A DNA stretch of 64,000 bases from Octopus bimaculoides. Lineage: Eukaryota. The stretch spans positions 56,086,166 to 56,150,165 of the forward strand of contig NC_068995.1 in the NCBI RefSeq assembly GCF_001194135.2, given 5' to 3'. Each line of letters opens with the position of its first letter. The first letter of the stretch is position 1. A program made the position numbers and the translations under genes. The notes below the pieces were generated by a model, which made no database searches, was not told where the DNA came from, and worked only from the letters and a program-made list of their open reading frames with translations. Of the stretch, positions 1 through 11,648 are shown piece after piece.

Positions 1-329
1 TTTAATTTATTGTTTTGTGTGGGTTGTAGGGATAAGATTTTTAAACCGCAGTAGGTGTTTGGCTGTTCTTAGAAATGATGCCAAATCTATTTATAGAAAT
101 GATGATATCTGAGAGATTTTTTGTGTTTTGGTTACAGGGATAAGATTTTTAAACCCCAAGTAAGATGGATTTAATCATTGTTTGTTAAGAGTGGGTTTGA
201 ATTTCTTAATAAAGTCCTTTTCTTTGCATTTTCTTTCAATTTCATTCCGGTTGTAAAGTTTATGGAATGGAAATATAATAAAAGTTTGATGACCACATGT
301 TGCTAGATGGTTACTCAGTGGTATTTGGC

Positions 330-448
330 GGACTTCTGGGTTTTTAATCTGTTGTCGATGTACCCGTGAGCTTTACTCCCTGTTGAATATCTTCTGACTT
401 GTATTGGTTGTCTAGCGATGGTGGGAATGGGGTGGGGGACAAACATAG

Positions 449-484
<36 letters not shown>

Positions 485-640
485 GATGGCTTTCTTGCAG
501 TTTCCATCTACCAAATCCACTCACAAGGCTTTGGTTGGCCTGAGGCAATAGTAGAAGACACTTGCCCAAGGTAGCATGCAGTGGGACTGAACCCGGAACC
601 ATGTGGTTGGTGAGCAAGGCTCTTACTACACAGCCACTCC
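330..640 (-). mobile_element. tRNA-headed SINE family A (head ggctgtgtggtaagaagcttgcttcccaaccacatggttccgggttcagtccc)
   Basis: A/B-box-like head, conserved core ccttgtgagtggatttggtagatggaaactg and internal (CA)/(TA) tract; many homologous copies in the window. Confidence 0.8.
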
Positions 641-644
641 TACA

Positions 645-689
<45 letters not shown>

Positions 690-1771
690 GATGGGCTTCT
701 TTCAGTTTCCATCTACCAAATCCACTCACGACAAACAAAATGAGGACAAATATCCTTCAAATAAAACATTTTGTACATTAAATGCCGAGGTTTTGGCTTT
801 TAATAGAATGGAATCTATTGAACCAGATTTTCTATGAACAGATACCATAACGTTGCCAACTTTCACCTGTTTCCAACAAAGGTAATGTTTCTCCATTACC
901 TGGAATTAAATGACACTGCTTGTCTGACAGTGATACTCATTTACAACGACCATGTGATGTTACAACATAGAACCACAAACACAAATATAATGTATATGTG
1001 TGTGTGTATTAATGTTTGTTTTTATTACATAAAAACAATTTTTACAGTAATCTGAAAAATTACTCAATACTTCTTGAAGAGTATATATTTATTATTCTTT
1101 ATCAAAAATAATATTGACAGTGACTGAAGGTTTGGCCAACTAAGTCATCATTGGACTGTATCTATGTGTGTGTGTGTATACATAAATATGCATATATACA
1201 TCCATATTTATGTAGTATATTCACATAAATAAATGCACACGTACATGCAGATGTATACAAATATATGAATGTATAAAATGTAAATGAAATACTGATATAT
1301 AAATACAATAATGAATGTGTGAAAGTTAAATGTAATTCCCAATTGTTGATTAAGATTGAACTCACAGAGTGAGGACTGATGATACTTAATGCTGGAAATG
1401 GAAATATTTGAATTTTTAAATATTTATTTTAATTATATTTATTCCTATTAATAATCAATGATGTTTTCATTTTCTAAAATTTCAACAACAATTTTCACTA
1501 ATTAGGCTCTGAGATAAAAAAAAATTAATAAATATATAAATTAATAGCAAATAAATAAAAACAGAAATGGAAGAAAAATTGTAGAAAAATATTAAATTTA
1601 TTACATAATTGATTAATTATTATTAGTGTAGTTACATCTGTTGTTGTTGTCTGGAGAGAAAGAGAATTTTCATTGTACATATCATGTTTCATGATTACTT
1701 AACCAGATCAGGGTTTCAAATCTGTGTACTTCCCCATATGTTGCTGTCGCTGTTATTCCTTTATTGTAAAG

Positions 1772-2160
1772 GGGCGTGGCTTAATGGTGAGGATGATCGA
1801 CTCATGATTGCAAGGCTGTCAGTTCAATTCCCAGCAACACATTGCGGCCTTGAGCAAGACTCTTTATTCCACGTTGCTCCAGTCCACTCAGCTGGCAAAA
1901 ACGAGTTGTATCTGTAGTTCAGAGGATAAGCTTTGTTACACTCTGTGTCATGCTGAATCTCCCTGAAAACTACATTAAGGATACACATGTCTGTGGAGTA
2001 CTCGGCTACATGGTGATAATTCCACATTTTTTCGTTCGTCGTTTGATCGTACGTTCGTTCGTTCGTACGTTCGTTCGTTCATCCGTCCGTCCGTCCGTCC
2101 GTACGTTCTTTCGTTCTTAATTACATACCCTTGTCGTCCTGAGTGACAGTGCCAGTTCCA
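1772..2160 (+). mobile_element. tRNA-headed SINE family B, interrupted by the satellite patch
   Basis: Head ggcgtggcttaatgg...gttcaattcc, body cttgagcaagac...ctccagtccactcagctggc; homologous to 13288-13602. Confidence 0.8.
2029..2127. repeat. Detached ~100-bp patch of the same CpG satellite inside a SINE
   Basis: Near-identical to ~5537-5625 and ends in the ttcttaattacata anchor. Confidence 0.92.
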
Positions 2161-2265
2161 GTTATGGCTGGGTGATTTTTGGCTTTCTTTTGCCTCCAGG
2201 GGTCATTTCTGATTAAGCAAACGTATGACCAAAGGTTTTTTTTATTTATGACCATCTTATCTTTA

Positions 2266-2644
2266 TCTTTTGCTTGTTTCAATCATTGGACTGTGGCCAT
2301 GTTGGAGCAATTTGAAGAGTTTTACTTGAACAGGTTGGCCACAATACTTACTTTCTAAGTCTGGCGCTTGTTATAGCATTCTCTTTTGTTGAGCTGTTAA
2401 ATTACAGAGCCATAAACAAACTGACACTAGTTGTCAAGTGATGAGCGGATAAAGGCTGGCACAAAGATACACAAACACATTCATATTTATGTAGATACAC
2501 ATACATACAATGGACAACTTTCAGTTTCCATCTACCAAATCCACTCACAAAACTTTGGTTGGCCTGGAGCTATAGAAGAGGACACATGCGCAAGATGCCA
2601 CACAGTGGGACAGAACATGAAACTATATGGTTGCAGTACAAATC
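2266..2644 (-). mobile_element. SINE family A copy, head truncated by the satellite
   Basis: Homologous to the 17877-18262 copy; the sequence switches to ttcg words within the head at ~2645. Confidence 0.8.
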
Positions 2645-5600
2645 TTTCGTTCGTTCGTTCGTTCGTACGTAGGTTCGTTCTTTCGTGCGTACGTACGTTC
2701 ATTTCTTCGTTCGTTCGTTGGTTAGTTCTTTCGTTCGTTTGTGCGTACGTTCATTCGTACGTACGTTCGTTCGTTCATTCGTACGTACGTTCGTTCGTTC
2801 ATTCGTACGTACGTTCGTTCGTTCATTCGTACGTACGTTCGTTCGTTCATTCGTCCGTTCGTATGTACGTTCGTTCGTTCTTTCATACGTACGTACGTAT
2901 ATTCGATCGTTCGTTCGTTCGTTCATCCGTCCGTCCGTACGTACGTTCTTTCGTTCTTAATTACATATGTTCGTTCGTTCGTTCGTACGTAGGTTCGTTC
3001 TTTCGTACGTACGTACGTTCATTTCTTCGTTGGTTCGTTTGTATGTACGTTCTTTCGTTCGTACGTACTTGTGTACGTTCTTTCGTTCGTACGTACTTGT
3101 GTACGTTCGATCGTTCGTTCGTTCGTCCGTACGAACATACGTTCATACGTTCGCTCATACGTACGTACGTATATTCGTCCGTCCGTACGTATATTCGTCC
3201 GTCCGTTCGTTCGTACGTATATTCGTCCGTCCGTTCGTTCGTTCGTTCGTACGTATATTCGTTCGTTCGATCGTGCGTACTTATGTACGCTTGTTCGTTC
3301 GTTCGTACGTTCGTTCGTTCGTACGTACGTACGTTCGTTCGTTCGTTCTTTCGATCGATCGAACGTTCTTTCTTTGATTCGTTCGTGCGTACTTACGTTC
3401 GTTCGTTCGTACTTTCGTTCGTTCGTAAGTACGTTCAGTCACTCGTTCCTTCGTACGTAAGTACGTTCGTTTGTTCCGTTCGTTCCTTCGTTCGTACGTA
3501 CGTTCATTTCTTCGTTCATTTGTGCGTTCGTAATTACATATGTTCGTTAGTTCGGTCGCTCGTTCCTTCGTACGTAGGTTCGTTCTTTCGTTCGTTCGTA
3601 AGTACGTTCATTTCTTCGTTGGTTCGTTCGTTGGTTCATTCTTTCGTTCGTTTGTTTGTACGTACGTTCTTTCGTTCGTACGTACGTTCTTTCGTTCGTA
3701 CGTACTTATGTATGTTCGTTCGTCCGTCCGTCCGTTCGTTCGTACGTACGTTCATACGTTCGTTCGTACGTACGTACGTTGGTTCATACGTACGTACGTA
3801 TATTCGTTCGTTCGTACGTACGTACGTTCATTCGTTCGTTCGTTCGTTCGATCGTATGTTCGTTCGTTCATACGTCCGTACGTACGTACGTTCTTAATTA
3901 CATATATTCGTTCGTTCGTTCGTTCGTACGTAGGTTCGTTCTTTCCTACGTACGTACGTACGTACTTTCATTTCTTCTTTCGTTCGTTTGTTTGTACGTA
4001 CGTTCTTTCGTTCGTACGTACTTATGTACGTTCGGTCGTTCGTCCGTACGAACGTACGTTCATACGTTCGCTCATACGTATATTCGTCCGTCCGTACGTA
4101 TATTCGTTCGTTCGTTCGTTCGTACGTACTTATGTACGTTCGTTCGTTCGTTCTTTCGATCGATCGTTCTTTCTTTGGTTCGTTCATTCGTTCGTGCGTA
4201 CTTACGTTCGTACATACGTATGTACATTCGTTCAGTCGCTCGTTCCTTCGTACGTAAGTACGTTCGTTTGTTCGTTCGTTCGTACGTGCGTACGTTCATT
4301 CGTTCGTTCGTTCGTACGTACGTACGTATATTCGTCCGTCCGTTCGTACGCTCGTTCGTTCGATCGATCGAACGTTCTCTCTTTGGTTCGTTCATTCGTT
4401 CGCGCCTACTTACGTTCGTTCGTTCAGTCGCTCGTTCCTTCGTTCGTACGTTCGTTCGTTCATCCGTCCGTCCGTACGTTCTTTCGTTCTTAATTACATA
4501 TGTTCGTTCGTTCGTACGTAGGTTCGTTCTTTCGTACGTATGTACGTTCATTTGTTTGTACGTACGTTCTTTCGTTCGTACGTACTTATGTACGTTCGAT
4601 CGTTCGTTCGTTCGTCCGTACGAACGTACGTTCATACGTTCGCTCATACGTACGTACGTATATTCGTCCGTCCGTATATTCGTCCGTCCGTCCGTTCGTT
4701 CGTACGTGCGTTCATTCGTTCGTTCGTTCGTACGTATATTCGTTCGTTCGATCGTACGTACTTATGTACGTTCGTTCGTACGTACGTTCGGTCGCTCGTT
4801 CCTTCGTACGTAAGTGCCTTCGTACGTAGGTTCGTTCTTTCGTTCGTTTGTTTGTACGTACGTTCTTTCGTTCGTACGTACTTATGTATGTTCGTTCGTC
4901 CGTTCGTTCGTACGTACGTTCATACGTTCGTTCGTACGTACGTTCATTCGTTCGTTCATACGTACGTACGTATATTCGTACGTTCGTTCGATCGATCGAA
5001 CGTTCTTTCTTTGGTTCGTTTATTCGTTCGCGCCTACTTACGTTCGTTCGTTCAGTCGCTCGTTCCTTCGTACGTAAGTATGTTCGTTCCTTCGTTCGTA
5101 CGTACGTTCATACGTTCGCTCATACGTATATTCGTCCGTCCGTACGTATATTCGTCCGTTCTTTCGTTCGTTCGTTCGTACGAGCGTTCGTTCGTTCGTA
5201 CTTATGTTCGTTCGTTCGTTCGTTCTTTCGATCGATCGAACGTTCTTTCTTTGGTTCGTTCATTCGTTCGTGCCTACTTACGTTCGTTCGTTCGCACGTT
5301 CAGTCGCTCGTTCCTTCGTACGTAAGTACGTTCGTTTGTTCCATTCGTTCCTTCGTTCGTACGTGCGTACGTTCATTCGTTCGTTCGTTCGTTCGTTCAT
5401 ACGTACGTACGTATATTCGTCCGCCCGTTCGTACGCTCGTTCGTTCGATCGATCGAACGTTCTTTCTTTGGTTCGTTCATTCGTTCGCGCCTACTTACGT
5501 TCGTTCAGTCGCTCGTTCCTTCGTTCGTTCATTTGTTCGTTCGTCGTTTGATCGTACGTTCGTTCGTACGTTCGTTCGTTCGTTCATCCGTCCGTCCGTC

Positions 5601-8600
5601 CGTCCGTCCGTTCTTAATTACATATGTTCGTTCGTTCGTACGTAGGTTCGTTCTTTCGTACGTATGTACGTTCATTTCTTCTTTCGTTCGTTGGTTAGTT
5701 TTCGTTCATTTGTTTGTACGTACGTTCTTTCGTTCGTACGTACTTATGTACGTTCGATCGTTCGTTCGTACGTTCATACGTTCGCTCATACGTACGTACG
5801 TATATTCGTCCGTCCGTTCGTTCGTACATGCGTTCATTTGTTCGTTCGTGCGTACGTATATTCGTTCGTTCGATCGTACGTACTTATATTCGTTCGTTCG
5901 ATCGTACGTACTTATGTACGTTCGTTCGTTCGTTCGTACGTACGTTCGTTCGTTCGTTCGTTCGTTCGGTCGCTCGTTCCTTCGTACGTAGGTTCGTTCT
6001 TTCGTTTGTTTGTACGTACGTTCTTTCGTTCGTACGTACTTATGTATGTTCGTTCGTCCGTCCGTCCGTTCGTTCGTACGTACGTTCATTCGTTCGTTCG
6101 ATCGATCGAACGTTCTTTCTTTGGTTCGTTTATTCGTTCGCGCCTACTTACGTTCGTTCGTTCGTTCAGTCGCTCGTTCCTTCGTACGTAAGTACGTTCG
6201 TTCCTTCGTTCGTACGTACGTTCGTTTGTGCGTTCCTTCGTTCGTACATACGTACGTACGTTCGTTCGTGCGTTCCTTCGTTCATCAGTCCGTACGTACG
6301 TACGTTCTTAATTACATATGTTCGTTCGTTCGTACGAAGGTTCGTTCTTCTGTACGTACGTACGTTCATTTCTTCTTTCATTCGTTGCTTAGTTCTTTCG
6401 TTCGTTTGTTTGTACGTACGTTCTTTCGTTCGTACGTAGGTTCGTTCTTTCGTTCGTACGTACTTATGTACGTTCGTTCGTTCGTCCGTACGTTCATACG
6501 TTCGCTCATACGTATATTCGTTCATTCGTTCGTTCATACGTATATTCGTTCGTTCTTTCGATCGATCGAACGTTCTTTCTTTGGTTCGTTCATTCGTTCG
6601 TTCGTACGTACGTATGTACGTTCGTTCGNNNNNNNNNNNNNNNNNNNNNNNNNNNNNNNNNNNNNNNNNNNNNNNNNNNNNNNNNNNNNNNNNNNNNNNN
6701 NNNNNNNNNNNNNNNNNNNNNNNNNNNNNNNNNNNNNNNNNNNNNNNNNNNNNNNNNNNNNNNNNNNNNNNNNNNNNNNNNNNNNNNNNNNNNNNNNNNN
6801 NNNNNNNNNNNNNNNNNNNNNNNNNNNNNNNNNNNNNNNNNNNNNNNNNNNNNNNNNNNNNNNNNNNNNNNNNNNNNNNNNNNNNNNNNNNNNNNNNNNN
6901 NNNNNNNNNNNNNNNNNNNNNNNNNNNNNNNNNNNNNNNNNNNNNNNNNNNNNNNNNNNNNNNNNNNNNNNNNNNNNNNNNNNNNNNNNNNNNNNNNNNN
7001 NNNNNNNNNNNNNNNNNNNNNNNNNNNNNNNNNNNNNNNNNNNNNNNNNNNNNNNNNNNNNNNNNNNNNNNNNNNNNNNNNNNNNNNNNNNNNNNNNNNN
7101 NNNNNNNNNNNNNNNNNNNNNNNNNNNNNNNNNNNNNNNNNNNNNNNNNNNNNNNNNNNNNNNNNNNNNNNNNNNNNNNNNNNNNNNNNNNNNNNNNNNN
7201 NNNNNNNNNNNNNNNNNNNNNNNNNNNNNNNNNNNNNNNNNNNNNNNNNNNNNNNNNNNNNNNNNNNNNNNNNNNNNNNNNNNNNNNNNNNNNNNNNNNN
7301 NNNNNNNNNNNNNNNNNNNNNNNNNNNNNNNNNNNNNNNNNNNNNNNNNNNNNNNNNNNNNNNNNNNNNNNNNNNNNNNNNNNNNNNNNNNNNNNNNNNN
7401 NNNNNNNNNNNNNNNNNNNNNNNNNNNNNNNNNNNNNNNNNNNNNNNNNNNNNNNNNNNNNNNNNNNNNNNNNNNNNNNNNNNNNNNNNNNNNNNNNNNN
7501 NNNNNNNNNNNNNNNNNNNNNNNNNNNNNNNNNNNNNNNNNNNNNNNNNNNNNNNNNNNCCGTACGTACGTACGTTCTTAATTACATATGTTCGTTCGTT
7601 CGTACGAAGGTTCGTTCTTCTGTACGTACGTACGTTCATTTCTTCTTTCATTCGTTGCTTAGTTCTTTCGTTCGTTTGTTTGTACGTACGTTCTTTCGTT
7701 CGTACGTAGGTTCGTTCTTTCGTTCGTACGTACTTATGTACGTTCGTTCGTTCTTTCTTTGGTTCGTTCATTCGTTCAGTCGCTCGTTCCTTCGTACGTT
7801 TGTTCCGTTCGTGCGTACGTACGTTCATTTCTTTGTTCGTTTGTGCGTTCGTAGTTACATATGTTCGTTCGTTCGTTCGTTCGTTCTTTCTTTCGATCGA
7901 TCGAACATTCTTTCTTTGGTTCGTTCGTAGGTTCGTTCTTAATTACATATGTTCGTTCGTTCATTCGTACGTAGGTTCGTTTCTTCGTTCGTTGGTTGGT
8001 TGGTTAGTTCTTTCGTTCGTTTGTCTGTACGTACGTTCTTTCGTTCGTATGTACTTATGTATGTTCGTGTTCGCTCATACGTACGTACATATATTCGTCC
8101 GTCCGTTCGTTCGTTCAGTCGCTCGTCCCTTCGTACGTAAGTACGTTCGTTCGTACGTTCATTTCTTCGTTCATTTGTGCGTTCGTAGTTACATATTTTC
8201 GTTCGTTCGTTCTTTCGATCGATCGAACATTCGTTCGGTCGCTCGTTCTTTCGTACGTAAGTACGTTCGTTCGTTCGTTCATCCGTCCGTCCGTCCGTCC
8301 GTACGTTCTTAATTACATATGTTCGTTCGTTCGTACGTAGGTTCGTTCTTTCGTACGTATGTACGTTCATTTCTTCTTTCGTTCGTTGGTTAGTTTTCGT
8401 TCATTTGCTTGTACGTACGTTCTTTCGTTCGTACGTACTTATGTATGTTCGTTCGTCCGTCCGTCCGTTCGTACGTACGTTCATACGTTCGTTCGTACGT
8501 ACGTTCATTCGTTCGTTCGATCGATCGATCGAACGTTCTTTCTTTGGTTCGTTTATTCGTTCGCGCCTACTTACGTTCGTTCGTACGTAAGTACGTTCCT

Positions 8601-10390
8601 TCGTTCATCAGTCCGTACGTACGTACGTACGTTCTTAATTACATATGTTCGTTCGTTCGTACGAAGGTTCGTTCTTTCGTTGCTTAGTTCTTTCGTTCGT
8701 TTGTTTGTACGTACGTTCTTTCGTTCGTACGTAGTTTCGTTCGTACGTAGTTTCGTTCGTACGTACTTATGTACGTTCGTTCGTTCGTCCGTACGTTCAT
8801 ACGTTCGCTCATACGTATATTCGTTCGTTCGTACGTGCGTTCATTCGTTCGTTCATACGTATATTCGTTCGTTCTTTCGATCGATCGAACGTTCTTTCAT
8901 TCGTTCGTTCGTACGTTCATTTCTTTGTTCGTTTGTGCGTTCGTAGTTTCATATGTTCGTTCGTTCGTTTGTTCGTTCTTTCTTTCGATCGATCGAACAT
9001 TCTTTCTTTGGTTCGTTCTTTCGTTCGTTCGTTCGTTNNNNNNNNNNNNNNNNNNNNNNNNNNNNNNNNNNNNNNNNNNNNNNNNNNNNNNNNNNNNNNN
9101 NNNNNNNNNNNNNNNNNNNNNNNNNNNNNNNNNNNNNNNNNNNNNNNNNNNNNNNNNNNNNNNNNNNNNNNNNNNNNNNNNNNNNNNNNNNNNNNNNNNN
9201 NNNNNNNNNNNNNNNNNNNNNNNNNNNNNNNNNNNNNNNNNNNNNNNNNNNNNNNNNNNNNNNNNNNNNNNNNNNNNNNNNNNNNNNNNNNNNNNNNNNN
9301 NNNNNNNNNNNNNNNNNNNNNNNNNNNNNNNNNNNNNNNNNNNNNNNNNNNNNNNNNNNNNNNNNNNNNNNNNNNNNNNNNNNNNNNNNNNNNNNNNNNN
9401 NNNNNNNNNNNNNNACGTACGTACGTACGTTCTTAATTACATATGTTCGTTCGTTCGTACGAAGGTTCGTTCTTTCGTTGCTTAGTTCTTTCGTTCGTTT
9501 GTTTGTACGTACGTTCTTTCGTTCGTACGTAATTATGTATGTTCGTTCGTTCGTACGTACGTACGTTCATTCGTTCGTACGTACTTATGTACGTTCGATC
9601 GTTCGTTCGTTCGCTCATACGTATATTCGTCCGTCCGTACGTATATTCGTCCGTACATGCGTTCATTCGTTCGTTCAGTCGCTCGTTCTTTCGTACGTTT
9701 GTTCCGTTCGTGCGTACGTACGTTCATTTCTTTGTTCGTTTGTGCGTTCGTAGTTTCATATGTTCGTTCGTTCGTTTGTTCGTTCTTTCTTTCGATCGAT
9801 CGAACATTCTTTCTTTGGTTCGTTCTTTCGTTCGTTCGTTCGTTCTTTCTTTCGATCGATCGAACATTCTTTCTTTGGTTCGTTCTTAATTACATATGTT
9901 CGTTCGTTCATTCGTACGTAGGTTCGTTAGTTCTTTCGTTCGTTTGTCTGTACGTACGTTCTTTCGTTCGTACGTACTTATGTATGTTCGTGTTCGCTCA
10001 TACGTACGTACAGTCGCTCGTACGTTCATTTCTTCGTTCATTTGTGCGTTCGTAGTTACATATTTTCGTTCGTTCGTTCGTTCTTTCGATCGATCGAACA
10101 TTCGTTCGGTCGCTCGTTCTTTCGTACGTAAGTACGTTCGTTCGTTCGTACGTACGTACATTCATTTCTTCGTTTGTTTGTTTGTACGTACGTTCTTTCG
10201 TTCGTACGTAATCATGTATGTTCGTTCGATCGAACGTTCTCTCTTTGGTTTGTGCGTTCGTTCATTCTTCCGTCCATCCGTTCGCAGTTACATATGTTCG
10301 TTCTTTATTTCAATCGATCGGTCGTTCCTTCGTACGTTAGTACGTAGGTTCGTTCTGTCGTACGTACGTTCATTCATTCGCTCGTTCGTA
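2645..10390. repeat. CpG-rich complex tetranucleotide satellite with higher-order modules (includes N gaps 6629-7559 and 9038-9414)
   Basis: Almost entirely 4-nt words ttcg/tacg/tccg/atcg and single-base variants. The anchor taattacat recurs at 2958, 3531, 3895, 4491, 5615, 6309, 7579, 7940, 8310, 8636, 9434 and 9887. Confidence 0.97.
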
Positions 10391-10404
10391 TATATACATA
10401 TACA

Positions 10405-10655
10405 TATAAAAGATAATAAGTGTGAAGAAACTACAGAAGGCTTGTTACATGGTTAAAGTATATATTTAAATTGTCAGAAAAATGTTATAAAATTTTTTTG
10501 GTATATAAACATTGTATTTGGAGAAATAACTGGTTTCGTGTTGTCTTTTCAAATTTCTCTATATAATTTAATATAATTCTGACATAATTTAAATATATAC
10601 TTTAACCATGTAACACAATCCTTCTGTAGTTTTTTCACTCTTATTATCTTTTATA
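10405..10655. mobile_element. MITE / foldback element with ~75-bp terminal inverted repeats
   Basis: Left arm tataaaagataataagtgtgaagaaactacagaaggcttgttacatggttaaagtatatatttaaattgtcagaa is the near-perfect reverse complement of the right arm ending ...ttattatcttttata. TA at both ends; no ORF. Confidence 0.85.
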
Positions 10656-11231
10656 CATCCAGCCACGTTCTTTCACACATCAACTATCTCACACACATAT
10701 ATATATTTATTTATAGTTTCAGTTTACAGCTGCGGCCATGATGATGCACCACCGTGTTACTACACTGTTATTACAGGGAGCCTCTTACATTATGTGGCAC
10801 TTGGTGAAGAATGGAGTTTGATTTAGCAACCCTCCTGCTGCGAGGTAGGTTCATCTGGGACTCTCGATAGGAAAGGTCCATCTTTGATTTAAAAACTCGT
10901 ACATCTACTTTGTGCAGATTCCTCATTTATTTTTATAAATATATTTATATATATGTATTAATTTATATATATTTATTTATACATGGATATGTATTTATAT
11001 ATAGATATATAAATACATATTTATATGAATATATATATATATAAATACATATAGTTATATATATATAATATATGTATTTATATATAGTTATATATAAATA
11101 CATATATGTATTTATATATACATATTTATATACATATATATCTATATAATGGTTGAACAATAAATAATACAATTAACCATAAAATTATTCTCATTGTTAT
11201 GATTATTAATAACGAGAACGAGAACGAAACT

Positions 11232-11237
11232 TTTATT
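11232..11237 (-). terminator. Candidate AATAAA polyadenylation signal of WDR4
   Basis: tttatt on plus is AATAAA on minus, about 230 nt past the stop codon. AT-rich context makes a chance match possible. Confidence 0.45.
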
Positions 11238-11466
11238 TGTCAAATACAACGAAATGTTGAACAGGAAATGGGAACCAGAGTAAAGTTAAATGGAACATAA
11301 AAAAGACAAAGGGCCAAACATAATAATGTTTGGATTGAAACTAAAGATAGAAAAAGTACAAAATAGGTGGAAAATAAATGCATGATAAGACATGAAAGTT
11401 TTGTGTGAGACCAAAAGCTCTTTCACCTGTACCAAAAACACTTGTAATATCTGAGAACTCTGCTGC

Positions 11467-11648
11467 TTATTCCATTTTGGCTACTTTAGCTGATGGTTCC
11501 TTTGCAGAGTCTTCAGACAGTTTCCCCTCTGATTGGCTTGGCTTCTGTTTCTTTTTCATCTGCTGCTCTTTCCGCTTCAGGTAATCAAGCGTATTATCAA
11601 CCCGGCTTTTTGCTAAGGCTTTAGTCCAACACGGAACATCAAGCGACT
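11467..11648 (-). CDS. WDR4: WDR4 last coding exon: (E)SLDVPCWTKALAKSRVDNTLDYLKRKEQQMKKKQK...KME*
   Basis: Pyrimidine tract ...atggatgcag|AG TCG; stop TAA at 11469-11467. Colinear without gaps to the recalled human C-terminus (W...L.K...DN...YLK.KE). Confidence 0.92.

Noticed and set aside
1356-1400. Possible 26-nt minus-strand exon (tttccag|CATTAAG...CACTCT|gtgagt)
   Set aside because: Good-looking splice sites but no partner exons or recognisable peptide; expected by chance in 64 kb.
2645-10390. CRISPR-like or telomeric reading of the satellite
   Set aside because: No constant repeat with unique spacers, no cas genes, eukaryotic context, and no (TTAGGG)n array.
2431-10456. Dozens of long ORFs (RSFVRTYV.../NERTNERT...)
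   Set aside because: Products of the 4-nt satellite, which rarely contains stop codons; several also run through N gaps.
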